Positions 8,932 to 17,919 of a DNA stretch of 43,481 nt are shown here, one piece after another. The DNA comes from a virus. Taxonomy: Duplodnaviria; Heunggongvirae; Uroviricota; Caudoviricetes. The position numbers were made by a program, and so were the translations under genes. Numbering within the stretch: position 1 is the first letter of the stretch; each line of letters opens with the position of its first letter. The notes under the pieces are model-generated. The model ran no database searches, had not been told where the DNA came from, and saw nothing but the letters and a program-made list of their open reading frames with translations. The stretch is taken from IMG/VR virus record IMGVR_UViG_2711768000_000011; one strand, written 5' to 3'.

Positions 8932-9789
8932 ATGCTGTTTGTGCTTATTCTAAGCCACCGGGCAGCATCATACGGGGCAATTATGGCCGCATTACCATAC
9001 ATGCAACTGTACATAGCTGATTACCTGGCTGACACCATGCATTTGTCAGCAGAGGAGCATGGTGCGTATTTGTTGCTGATGTTCAATTACTGGCAAACAG
9101 GAAAGCCAATACCTAAAAACAGGCTGGCAAAAATTGCCCGTCTGACTAACGAGCGATGGGCTGATGTTGAACCATCCTTGCAGGAGTTTTTTTGCGATAA
9201 CGGCGAGGAATGGGTGCATCTTCGGATTGAGGAAGATCTGGCATCAGTCAGGGAAAAATTAACCAAAAAATCAGCCGCAGGAAAAGCATCTGTTCAGGCC
9301 AGAAGAAGCAGAAAGGAAGCAGATGTTCAAACAAAACAAGAGAGAAATTTAACAGGTGTTCAAACAGATGTTGAAGTGGTGTTTGAACATGATGTCAACA
9401 CAAAGGCAACTAATAAAGATACAGATAAAGATCTAAAAACAGATCCCCCCCTAAATCCCCCCCGGGGGAATCGAGGTGTCAAAAAGTTTGACCCTCTGGA
9501 TATTGCTTTGCCGAACTGGATTTCTGTCTCGCTTTGGCGTGAGTGGGTTGAATTTCGCCAGGCATTGCGAAAACCGATTCGAACGGAGCAGGGCGCTAAC
9601 GGGGCGATACGGGAGCTGGAAAAATTCCGCCAGCAGGGTTTTTCACCTGAGCAGGTGATTCGACACAGCATCGCCAATGAATACCAGGGCTTGTTCGCGC
9701 CGAAAGGTGTTCGACCTGAGACGTTACTCCGACAGGTTAACACCGTCTCGTTACCGGATAGTGCGATCCCGCCAGGCTTCAGGGGGTAA
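8932..9789 (+). CDS. ydaU: Replication initiation-like protein YdaU, 285 aa (DUF1376-like)
   Basis: 285-aa ORF with N-terminal conserved segment MAALPYMQLYIADYLADTMHLSAEEHGAYLLL. Position matches the lambda O analogue. Confidence 0.8.
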   Translation: MLFVLILSHRAASYGAIMAALPYMQLYIADYLADTMHLSAEEHGAYLLLMFNYWQTGKPIPKNRLAKIARLTNERWADVEPSLQEFFCDNGEEWVHLRIEEDLASVREKLTKKSAAGKASVQARRSRKEADVQTKQERNLTGVQTDVEVVFEHDVNTKATNKDTDKDLKTDPPLNPPRGNRGVKKFDPLDIALPNWISVSLWREWVEFRQALRKPIRTEQGANGAIRELEKFRQQGFSPEQVIRHSIANEYQGLFAPKGVRPETLLRQVNTVSLPDSAIPPGFRG

Positions 9790-9795
9790 CTGACC

Positions 9796-10226
9796 ATGAA
9801 AAATATTGCGACAGGCGACGTTCTTGAACGTATCCGCAGACTGGCCCCGTCACATGTAACCGCGCCATTCAAGACGGTAGCGGAGTGGCGCGAGTGGCAA
9901 CTTTCCGAAGGCCAGAAACGTTGTGAGGAGATCAACCGTCAGAATCGTCAGTTGCGGGTGGAAAAAATTCTGAATCGCTCTGGCATCCAGCCATTGCACC
10001 GCAAATGCTCGTTTTCGAATTACCAGGTGCAGAACGAAGCGCAGCGATACGCGTTGAGTCAGGCGAAATCCATCGCTGATGAACTGATGACCGGGTGTAC
10101 AAATTTTGCGTTCAGCGGAAAACCTGGTACCGGGAAGAACCACTTAGCGGCAGCTATCGGGAATCGCCTGCTGAAAGACGGTCAGACAGTGATTGTGGTT
10201 ACCGTGGCTGATGTTATGAGTGCCCT
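9796..10226 (+). CDS. ydaV: DnaC-like helicase loader (IstB-type AAA+), 3' end lost in assembly gap
   Basis: Walker A GKPGTGKNHLAAAIG. The ORF runs into the N-run at 10227. The track's 422-aa ORF is an artefactual fusion across the gap. Confidence 0.75.
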
Positions 10227-10278
10227 NNNNNNNNNNNNNNNNNNNNNNNNNNNNNNNNNNNNNNNNNNNNNNNNNNNN
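10227..10278. other. Assembly gap (52 N)
   Basis: Run of N characters. Confidence 1.
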
Positions 10279-10302
10279 AATTTTTACCGGGAGGAAATTT
10301 TT

Positions 10303-11064
10303 ATGGAGACTGTTTTTGACGCACTGAAAGCAATGGGAAAAGCCACATCCATAGAACTTGCTGCGCGACTTGATATCAGTCGTGAAGAAGTGCTGAACGA
10401 ACTATGGGAACTGAAAAAAGCTGGTTTCGTTGATAAAAGCGCGTACACCTGGCGTGTGGCTGATAACAACGTTCAGCAGGAACAGCCAATGCAGGCAGAA
10501 CTGCCGGAAGAAACCACCACGGCAACTGTAGTGAAAATCTCAGAGTGCGATTTAACCGCGACGATTGAACAACGCGGACCACAAACGGCGGATGAACTGG
10601 CTACGCTGTTCGGTACAACATCCCGCAAAGTTGCTTCAACGCTGGCAATGGCAATCAGCAAAGGACGCCTGATTCGCGTAAACCAGAACAGTAAATTTCG
10701 TTACTGCATGCCGGGCGATAATTTACCAGCAGAGCCGAAAGCTGCATCGGTAGCGGAAACTGATGGTAAAGCCTTTCCTCAGCCAGCCGGTGTTGCGTTA
10801 CCAGTACAGGAAGCGGCAACACAGGAAGATATTAAAACAGAAACTGTGGCGGACATTGTGCAGTCGCTGCCATCGTTTACTGAAACGCAAGCGGATGACC
10901 TAGTTTTACCATCGCTGCATATGGCAAACCGCGAACTGCGTCGGGCGAAAAATCATGTCCAGAAGTGGGAGCGAGTCTGCGCCGCGCTGCGGGAGCTGAA
11001 CAAGCACCGGGATATTGTCCGACAGATTGTCGATTCCTCCAGTCGTATTGTGTCGGAAAAGTGA
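10303..11064 (+). CDS. Hypothetical protein with two winged-helix-like segments and a C-terminal coiled coil, 253 aa
   Basis: ATG 10303 with GGGAGG SD just after the gap. Function unknown. Confidence 0.6.
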   Translation: METVFDALKAMGKATSIELAARLDISREEVLNELWELKKAGFVDKSAYTWRVADNNVQQEQPMQAELPEETTTATVVKISECDLTATIEQRGPQTADELATLFGTTSRKVASTLAMAISKGRLIRVNQNSKFRYCMPGDNLPAEPKAASVAETDGKAFPQPAGVALPVQEAATQEDIKTETVADIVQSLPSFTETQADDLVLPSLHMANRELRRAKNHVQKWERVCAALRELNKHRDIVRQIVDSSSRIVSEK

Positions 11065-11079
11065 TTGCCGGAGGCGCTT

Positions 11080-11496
11080 ATGGCAAAAGTTTTTACACAG
11101 GAAGAGCGTGAAAAAATTAAGGAGCAGGTTGTTGAGTTGGTACGCCAGAGTGGGCGCGAGACGTTAAGGCAACTGGAGGCCAAGACAGGTGCGACAAGAT
11201 ATCTGATGAGCATTCTTGCCAGAGAGTTGGTTGCCAGTGGCGATGTATACAACTCTGGCTATGGGTTATTCCCGTCTGAACAGGCTCGTAAGGATTGGAA
11301 AAACGCCCGCAAAAAACTATCCAGGGCAAAGGTGAAAAAAACGGTTGTGGTTGATCCTGACCTTATCTGGTCATTACCAGACGGAGAAATACGCCGCTAT
11401 GACAGGCGTCAGAACATAATCTGTCGCGAGTGCCGGAAGAGTGAAGTTATGAAACGTGTACTGGCATTTTATCAAGGAAATCTTCGGTATTTATAG
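11080..11496 (+). CDS. Hypothetical basic protein, about 138 aa
   Basis: ATG 11080 preceded by GGAGG. Contains CxxC (ICRECRK). The track start 11065 overlaps the previous stop. Confidence 0.55.
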   Translation: MAKVFTQEEREKIKEQVVELVRQSGRETLRQLEAKTGATRYLMSILARELVASGDVYNSGYGLFPSEQARKDWKNARKKLSRAKVKKTVVVDPDLIWSLPDGEIRRYDRRQNIICRECRKSEVMKRVLAFYQGNLRYL

Positions 11497-11634
11497 ACGT
11501 TACTAGATCAAAGAGCATTAGTTCATATGTAAATTGACATTTTTCTGGCACAGGGGAGAGCTAGCGTGGTTGTCCGCTTTGTGCCAATAGCGGACATTGC
11601 TGGCTCATGGTATGTTAGTTTAAGGAGGCAGGTT

Positions 11635-12657
11635 ATGCCCTGTATTTCGCTGTGGTATAATAGTTGCGCAATTGATACAAGGGAGCGTTACATCGTGAAA
11701 ATTGTTTTCGAGGTTAATGGAAAGAAAGTTCCACTAAAATCTTTAAAATACATAAGCAAAAAAGATCAACTCGAAGTAATGAAAAACTGGTTCTTTGAAA
11801 ACTTTGAAGATCCGGCAAATGCTTGTCCGTATGAAAGTAGAGAAGGTGGCTATGCTTACATATATGGCGGGCCGTATGATGCGAGCGAAGAACTACAATC
11901 CATCTTCGGTCAATATGTTAAATCTGAGTATATTGAGGAATTAGTAGATGAATTACAAACACAATGTTTTGACTGGTCTGGAAACTCAAATAATATAGAT
12001 GATTGGTACGATGATGATATCTACGACGCTGTAACGTCTTCCGGTAATCCGTATTTAAAATTCATTGATAATATCGATAAAATAAAAAAACTTGCAAAAG
12101 ATAAAACTGAACAACAGCAAAAAAACCACTTGCTTAGTTTGCTCTACACGAATGTTATTACAGCTTTGGAAACGCTTTATGTTGAGCTATTCATTAATTC
12201 TATAGAGAAAGATGATGTCTACATAGCCAATTGTATAGAAAAAGGTAAGACTGAATTTAAAGTAAGCAAAGATATTGCTGCGTTGCCTTTCAAGGGTGAA
12301 CCCATCGAGAAAATTAGGGGAGAGCTAATCAGGTCAATCAAGGAACACTTGATCAGTGCAAGCTGGCATAGCACTAAAAAGGTAATCGACCGCTATGAAG
12401 CTACATTCGATATAAAAGTACAAAAAGACTGTCCGATAGAAGCTATTGAATTGGCAACCCTCAATCGAAATCACTTAGTGCATCGTGGTGGAAAGGATAA
12501 AGAAGGGAACCTCGTAGTGATTACAGACCAGGATCTTGAAACGCTGATTGAAAATGCATCGAACCTGGCAATTATGCTCTACAACAGTTTAAATGTAGCA
12601 ACGAATAAAACCACCATTTTGCAACCAGATGACAAACCGTTCATTCATGAATTTTAA
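11635..12657 (+). CDS. Cassette gene A: hypothetical low-GC protein with an Rx4H (HEPN-like) motif RNHLVH
   Basis: Start ambiguous: ATG 11635 with AAGGAGG SD, or GTG 11695 with GGGAG SD. Coding region is about 35% GC. Acidic N-terminal half and helical C-terminal half. No recognisable phage function. Confidence 0.7.
   Translation: MPCISLWYNSCAIDTRERYIVKIVFEVNGKKVPLKSLKYISKKDQLEVMKNWFFENFEDPANACPYESREGGYAYIYGGPYDASEELQSIFGQYVKSEYIEELVDELQTQCFDWSGNSNNIDDWYDDDIYDAVTSSGNPYLKFIDNIDKIKKLAKDKTEQQQKNHLLSLLYTNVITALETLYVELFINSIEKDDVYIANCIEKGKTEFKVSKDIAALPFKGEPIEKIRGELIRSIKEHLISASWHSTKKVIDRYEATFDIKVQKDCPIEAIELATLNRNHLVHRGGKDKEGNLVVITDQDLETLIENASNLAIMLYNSLNVATNKTTILQPDDKPFIHEF
11653..11661 (+). promoter_or_regulatory. 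Candidate extended -10 (TGgTATAAT) upstream of or within the start of cassette gene A
   Basis: Motif seen directly; a perfect TTGACA lies at 11534-11539. Conflicts with the ATG 11635 start, so either the promoter or that start is wrong. Confidence 0.3.
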
Positions 12658-12672
12658 TAGCGCAGGTCATAC

Positions 12673-13674
12673 ATGGATATTCGCACACGAAAGACAAAAT
12701 TTTTAGAGTCGTTAGATTCAACTGAAGTGATACGCAAAGCAGTAAGTCTCGCTATAGATTGCATTATTGATAATCATAATAGTAATGAAGATACCCCCTT
12801 AGTTATTACCAGCTATGATGATCTCTGTAGAATCCAGGTGCTAAATTATGTACAGGAGTTTTGCGAAGCTGCATTCCCTGATATGGATGAATATTACTTT
12901 AGTCCTAACATACTTCGCATCAACGGCAAGACTAGTGAAGAAGCTTGTATTAACTTAATTAAACTCTTAAGAAGTACAAAAGGCATGCTATTCTGGTCCG
13001 ATGCCCCATCGTGGTTCGCTAGCCTCCCCGACGGATTATTCCATGTTGTTAACATTGATCAAAAAATCGTTACTCGCGGCCTTAATAAGAAAAACTCTAA
13101 GCCGACAATAATCAATAAAGATTACAGTGTAGATACACTACTATCAGAGCTATTTTTGAATGGCGCACACATGGAGCAACCCAACGTACACAACGTTTCT
13201 GAGGGAAACATGAAGTTCTATGATGAATGCCATGCTGGATTAATCAGACCAATACCCGCTCCAATAGGCGCGTCATACGATGAAGAGATCACAATTAATT
13301 CTCCAGATTGGCAAAAGCTCGCGTGTGTAGCTTTACGCCGCTATCAGTCGAAGGAATGTCATGACGGAATGCAATGGGATACAACCGATCATGGTTGGAC
13401 TGATGTAATCGCGTATCCATTCGTCGAAGAAATACAATCAATGGATAATAGTGGTTATCGACAATGTTTAGTTGGGCTGGTCACAATAAACAATTCAAAT
13501 GCAAATTCTCCGTACCTATCTACCGTTTGGATACATCCATTTTATCGCAGGAGAGGGTTATTAAGTAAGTTATGGCCAAAATTACAAGAGTTATATGGAA
13601 GTAACTTCGAAATTGAGCGACCTAATGAAAATATGAAAGCATTTCTGAAAAGTGCGAAACACGCAGATTACTAA
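12673..13674 (+). CDS. Cassette gene B: hypothetical low-GC protein, 333 aa, with a weak GNAT-like motif near the C-terminus
   Basis: Starts 15 nt after gene A stop, so likely co-transcribed. C-terminal LVGLVTI...HPFYRRRGLLSKLW resembles a GNAT beta-strand plus motif A, non-canonically. No recognisable phage function. Confidence 0.7.
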   Translation: MDIRTRKTKFLESLDSTEVIRKAVSLAIDCIIDNHNSNEDTPLVITSYDDLCRIQVLNYVQEFCEAAFPDMDEYYFSPNILRINGKTSEEACINLIKLLRSTKGMLFWSDAPSWFASLPDGLFHVVNIDQKIVTRGLNKKNSKPTIINKDYSVDTLLSELFLNGAHMEQPNVHNVSEGNMKFYDECHAGLIRPIPAPIGASYDEEITINSPDWQKLACVALRRYQSKECHDGMQWDTTDHGWTDVIAYPFVEEIQSMDNSGYRQCLVGLVTINNSNANSPYLSTVWIHPFYRRRGLLSKLWPKLQELYGSNFEIERPNENMKAFLKSAKHADY

Positions 13675-14235
13675 TTTATGAATCAGTCTGTGGAGTTAGG
13701 GTTGGTGTGAACAAGTAGGGTAAGAGCCTCAACGTGATGCTATGCCGACCTGCTCCCTGAGAATTCACACAGAAGGCTGCTAGCAATGTCTGCAGATCGC
13801 TCAAAGCGGACTAAAATGTTGGCTTGTTTCTGACTTAGAGCATTTAAGGAAGTGCTGGTGGTGACTGGTTGTTGTGTTCCATTTCTACAGAATAAAATCA
13901 CAGAAACTATACCCAATAGTTGTATTGAATCACTGACGAGACAGCCTCATATTTATCAGGACTGGTGTGCGTCTAATACAGGGGGTTGTCGTGCTGGTTC
14001 TCAAATGTGCGCTGGCTATTGCGGCTGTAATGGCAATTTATTGTCTTGCTGTTGTTCTTATGGAGCGGCTTTCTGATTGATTACATACTGGCTAGAAAAA
14101 AGGTGTTACCTTGGTTTATCTTTGTCCGGCAAGGTGCGCTCATTAATCTTAAGTAAATTTATTGCTCAAGTATTCAGATTACTTCTTATGGTTGAAGTCT
14201 CCTGTCAATGTAGAACCAATATATTTACAAAAATG

Positions 14236-14265
14236 AGACCCGTCGGGGATAGCCCTGCCGGGTCT
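14236..14265 (-). terminator. Rho-independent terminator for the YeaR-like gene
   Basis: AGACCCG ... CGGGTCT 7-bp stem, followed on the minus strand by CATTTTTG, immediately 3' of the gene stop. Confidence 0.55.
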
Positions 14266-14294
14266 GACTGTTAAAGCATTTTTAATATGATCAT

Positions 14295-14633
14295 CTATTT
14301 TTTGGTGCTATAGACTTTTTCGCCCGAAAAGTCTGGAGCGACCCAAAAGTTAATATTAAACTGAGCATCATCGCTTAGTTCAACACGGTGCCAGTATTGT
14401 GGTGGGCTTGTTGCAAAAGCGCCAGCATTAATGACTACTTTTATCTCCGGTTCAGTAGCATTCTCATCAGTAAAACCATAATATGTTACAGTGCCTTCCA
14501 TTACGCACAACTGCCCAAAAACACCTGCTGCTGTATTATGATGTGTTAATAACGCTGAAGGTACGTTCTCTTTTGTGAAGAACGGAGTTGAGCGTTTGAT
14601 TACCCAATCTTTAGGAATTCTCTTGTGTGTCAT
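14295..14633 (-). CDS. YeaR-like DUF1971 (cupin-like) protein, 112 aa
   Basis: ATG 14633 preceded by GGAGGAGG. Pattern RSTPF...G...V..G.V.YYGF.DE...EP...V.....FA..PP..WH......FNI.F.V.P matches recalled E. coli YeaR. Transcribed opposite to flanking phage genes. Confidence 0.65.
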   Translation of the reverse strand: MTHKRIPKDWVIKRSTPFFTKENVPSALLTHHNTAAGVFGQLCVMEGTVTYYGFTDENATEPEIKVVINAGAFATSPPQYWHRVELSDDAQFNINFWVAPDFSGEKVYSTKK

Positions 14634-15446
14634 AACCACCTCCTCCAAAACATGCATTAAAAATGCATCTTTTGGAGGGTTATGTCAAGCTGTTATGAAA
14701 CACATAATTGATATGTTGATTAGAGGAGAAGATAGAATAAATATGGTTGTTTTTCGTATAACTATTTGTTTTACTTTTAGTTTATGCATTCTGTGTGTTA
14801 GGAATAAGTTATTAAAGTTTAATCAAAAAATCTCGATGTAGTCCACATAGATTACTGTTACTGAACCTTATTGTGTGTATTAGTTGTGTTCTGAAATTTC
14901 AGCTTAATTATTTATGATGTATTTTTTAACGATAAATATTTTCCCAGGATACCTTTACTGTGTATATAAATAAATTATATACGCATAAATAATGTAAAGG
15001 CGTCCTTTTAGATATATCTTATCAAATGTTAATGACTTGAGTGGGAAATATGATTCCAGCAACTTATCATGTGGCTACTTTATAAAAATAATGCCCATAT
15101 AAAACAACAAGCGAAAAGGATTACGGATAAAAAAGGAGCGAGATGTGCGAACTTGTTATTTTCCATGTTTAACCACCTTAAATAATTGATGATGACGGGA
15201 TGATTGCATCTGTAATGCTTTTATTGAAATGTTATGATAAAAAAGAACTTTTGCATAACATTAAAATGTAATTTATCTAATCGTTTTTAATAATAAGTGT
15301 CGTATTTCTATCCTTGTACCAGCTATTTGATATGTAGTGTTTGTTCATGCTATGTGGGGCTTTACACCATAGCCAGTTTATTTATACTTTATTCGTCAGC
15401 CTGAACAACTGGCATCTGCTGCGCTGCGCCATCGAGAGATTGAGAA

Positions 15447-16046
15447 ATGGCGCATATACAACTGGTCAAACAAACCTCTTCTGGTTTACTTCTCCCGGCG
15501 ACGCCGGAGAGTTGCGATTTTCTGCATCAAATCAAAATAGGTGAGTGGATACACGCAGACTTTAAGCGTGTGCGTAACTACGCATTCCACAAGCGTTTTT
15601 TCAAACTCCTGCAACTGGGATTCGATTACTGGACTCCGGTCGGTGGGGCGATCACGCCTCGCGAACGAGAACTGCTGTCTGGTTTCGTTGATTACCTGTG
15701 CGAATCAGTTGGTCGGGAACACACGCCAGCCCTGAGTGATGCCGCAGAGCAATACCTTAACACCGTTGCGACTCGTAGAACCCGGGATACGGCGTTGCTA
15801 AAGTCGTTTGAGGCTTTCCGCGAGTGGGTAACCATTCAGGCCGGATTTTACACCGAGCATATTTATCCGGACGGTAGCCGTGGGCGTCGGGCAAAATCCA
15901 TCGCTTTTGCGAATATGGACGAAGTCGAGTTTCAGCAGGTTTATAAATCTGTACTGAATGTGCTGTGGAACTGGATTCTGTTCCGTAAATTCTCCTCTCA
16001 GGAGGAAGTTGAAAATGTGGCCGCACAACTACTGGAGTTTGCGTAA
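15447..16046 (+). CDS. Conserved lambdoid nin-region protein (DUF1367-like), 199 aa
   Basis: ORF preceded by 0.8 kb of AT-rich non-coding DNA. Family assignment is from memory only. Confidence 0.6.
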   Translation: MAHIQLVKQTSSGLLLPATPESCDFLHQIKIGEWIHADFKRVRNYAFHKRFFKLLQLGFDYWTPVGGAITPRERELLSGFVDYLCESVGREHTPALSDAAEQYLNTVATRRTRDTALLKSFEAFREWVTIQAGFYTEHIYPDGSRGRRAKSIAFANMDEVEFQQVYKSVLNVLWNWILFRKFSSQEEVENVAAQLLEFA

Positions 16047-16336
16047 TGGTGAATTTACGTAAAGCGGCTAAAGGCCAGATGTGCCAGATCAGAATCCCTG
16101 GCTACTGCAATCACAATCCCGAAACCTCTGTGCTGGCGCATTACAGGCTGGCGGGGACGTGCGGAACAGCGACAAAACCACATGATATGCAGGCGGCGAT
16201 AGCCTGTAGCTCATGCCACGATCTAATCGACGGGCGGGTAAAAACCAGCGATTACACCAAAGAAGAATTGCGCCTGATGCATGCTGAAGGGGTTTTTCGC
16301 ACACAAGAAATCTGGAGAAAGAAAGGTCATTTATGA
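16046..16336 (+). CDS. YbcO-like (DUF1364) putative nuclease, 96 aa, Cys-rich
   Basis: Cys cluster CQIRIPGYC...CSSCHD. Start overlaps the upstream stop (TAATG). Confidence 0.6.
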   Translation: MVNLRKAAKGQMCQIRIPGYCNHNPETSVLAHYRLAGTCGTATKPHDMQAAIACSSCHDLIDGRVKTSDYTKEELRLMHAEGVFRTQEIWRKKGHL

Positions 16337-16875
16337 TTTACCCAACGAATACAGGAAAAAGCGGAGAACACCTTCGCCTCACCACGCTGGAAAGTGTCTG
16401 GATTCAGGGAAAACTACGTATGTGGGGGCGCTGGTCGTATATTGGCGGTGGCAGGTCAGGGAATATGTTCAATCAGTTGTTGGCATCCAAAAAACTGACG
16501 AAAACAGCCATTAATGAAGCCCTGCGCAGAATGAAAAAAGCGGGAATAGAGAAAGCTGAGCTGGAAGCGTTTTTGCGAGAGATGATCAACGGCAAGCAAA
16601 AGAGCTGGCTGGCGCATTGTACTGATGCAGAGGCGTTATGTATTGATCGAGTCATAAGTGAGGTGCTGGCAGAGCATCCAGGATTGATTTGCATTCTCCG
16701 GCAACGCTATGAAGGGCGGGGGATGACTAAGCGCAAAATGGCTGAATTGCTAAATGATGCACACCCAGAGTGGTGTTTTAGCACATGCGAAAAACGGATT
16801 GCTAATTGGTTAGCTGTTGCTGAGTATGCCCTATATATTCCCATGCGTGAATCATTTGCTGAGAAAATGGCTTGA
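16333..16875 (+). CDS. Hypothetical protein, positional candidate for late-gene antiterminator (Q-like), 180 aa
   Basis: Last gene before a strong terminator and the lysis module, as for lambda Q. ATGA overlap with the upstream gene. The functional call is positional only. Confidence 0.4.
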   Translation: MIYPTNTGKSGEHLRLTTLESVWIQGKLRMWGRWSYIGGGRSGNMFNQLLASKKLTKTAINEALRRMKKAGIEKAELEAFLREMINGKQKSWLAHCTDAEALCIDRVISEVLAEHPGLICILRQRYEGRGMTKRKMAELLNDAHPEWCFSTCEKRIANWLAVAEYALYIPMRESFAEKMA

Positions 16876-16954
16876 TTTCTTACGTATAAACTGCTTCAAT
16901 TTTGCTATGCTTCGCAAAGCTGTATCGCGAGGCGGATTGCAGACATGGACATCG

Positions 16955-16982
16955 TAAAAAAACCGCTTAATGCGGTTTTTTT
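16955..16982 (+). terminator. Rho-independent terminator (AAAAAAACCGC-uuaau-GCGGTTTTTTT), candidate tR'-like
   Basis: Perfect GC stem flanked by an A-run and a T-run, so possibly bidirectional. About 80 nt after the Q-like gene. Confidence 0.8.
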
Positions 16983-17302
16983 ACGTCAGGAAAGCAGGGG
17001 AGAATGCTGCTAGTTGGGCAACTGGTCTTTCTGCTCCAAATTATAACAGAGACCAGTTATAGTTTCGGTGCTGTGTTTTTTTTACAATATTGTGATAACA
17101 CATTGCTGGCGGGAGTTTTGATATTTCTTGGCAGGGGCTGATGATGCGTTATCCTGATGTCGTCAACTCATATAAAATGAGATGAGAGATCATTGCAGGG
17201 TGGTTTGTAATTCGCTGTTTAGCGGGACAATATGTTGTCTGATACAAGACACCCGACGCCTCAGATTACTATAATAAAGACGAAGCATCCTTTGTATTGA
17301 CC

Positions 17303-17328
17303 AACCGCCTGTTTAGGCGGTTCTTTTT
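17303..17328 (+). terminator. Rho-independent terminator (CCGCCTGTTTAGGCGG + TTCTTTTT)
   Basis: 6-bp stem with 4-nt loop and a T-run. A TATAAT at 17270-17275 lies about 30 nt upstream. Confidence 0.65.
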
Positions 17329-17860
17329 GGGCTGGTTTATTGTATGCCAAATGATTATTAAAAAGGTTGTGTTAATAACAAGATCCGAAATAATATGCCT
17401 GCATATTTTTATCTTGCTTATATTCTGCATATTGTGCATAGCAGGCTCATCCCTGCAATCAAAACTGTATGATGAGTATTTTTTGTTTTCCTTTTTTCCA
17501 GTCATCTGATGATGACCTGCTTCTTTTTAATCCGGATCGACATCAGTTTTTTAAGATAATTCCTGCGAGTTATATGCATAAATGCCACAAACTCCGCATT
17601 TTATGTGGTTGGGAGTTGCCGGGCGCGCAGTGAGTTTGCTAAGAAAACTCCTGCATGGTGAATCCCCCTGTGCGGTGGGGTGATACCATTAACCTTTTCT
17701 GTCGCCGACAGGTATCACGAACATTTTGTTCACCGGGAGGCACCCGGCACCATGCACTTCAATAGATTCTCTCCACATTATGGATATTCTTTCAGAATAT
17801 CCCACGCAGACTTTGTGTAAATGTTAACAAATGTGCGTTTTATTTGATCTGATTCGCTGT

Positions 17861-17890
17861 TTGAGCGTCCAAAACAACGGTATATATAAT
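17861..17890 (+). promoter_or_regulatory. Candidate sigma70 promoter for the first lipoprotein gene (-35 TTGAGC, 18-bp spacer, -10 TATAAT)
   Basis: Motifs at 17861-17866 and 17885-17890, about 30 nt upstream of ATG 17920. Confidence 0.4.
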
Positions 17891-17919
17891 CCTTTACTAT
17901 ATGACATATGTGAGGAAAA

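Noticed and set aside
9360-10143. Minus-strand ORFs (191 aa and 97 aa) overlapping ydaU and the loader gene
   Set aside because: Antisense to recognisable replication genes that are tightly packed on the + strand.
11566-11634. GTG-initiated 5' extension of cassette gene A
   Set aside because: Composition matches the upstream GC-normal DNA, not the gene; there is no RBS; a strong SD precedes the ATG at 11635.
14575-15544. Short ORFs (67-88 aa) and very short peptide ORFs in the AT-rich intergenic region; a hok-like peptide was also looked for
   Set aside because: No convincing start context and no hok-like hydrophobic peptide found. Treated as non-coding regulatory DNA.
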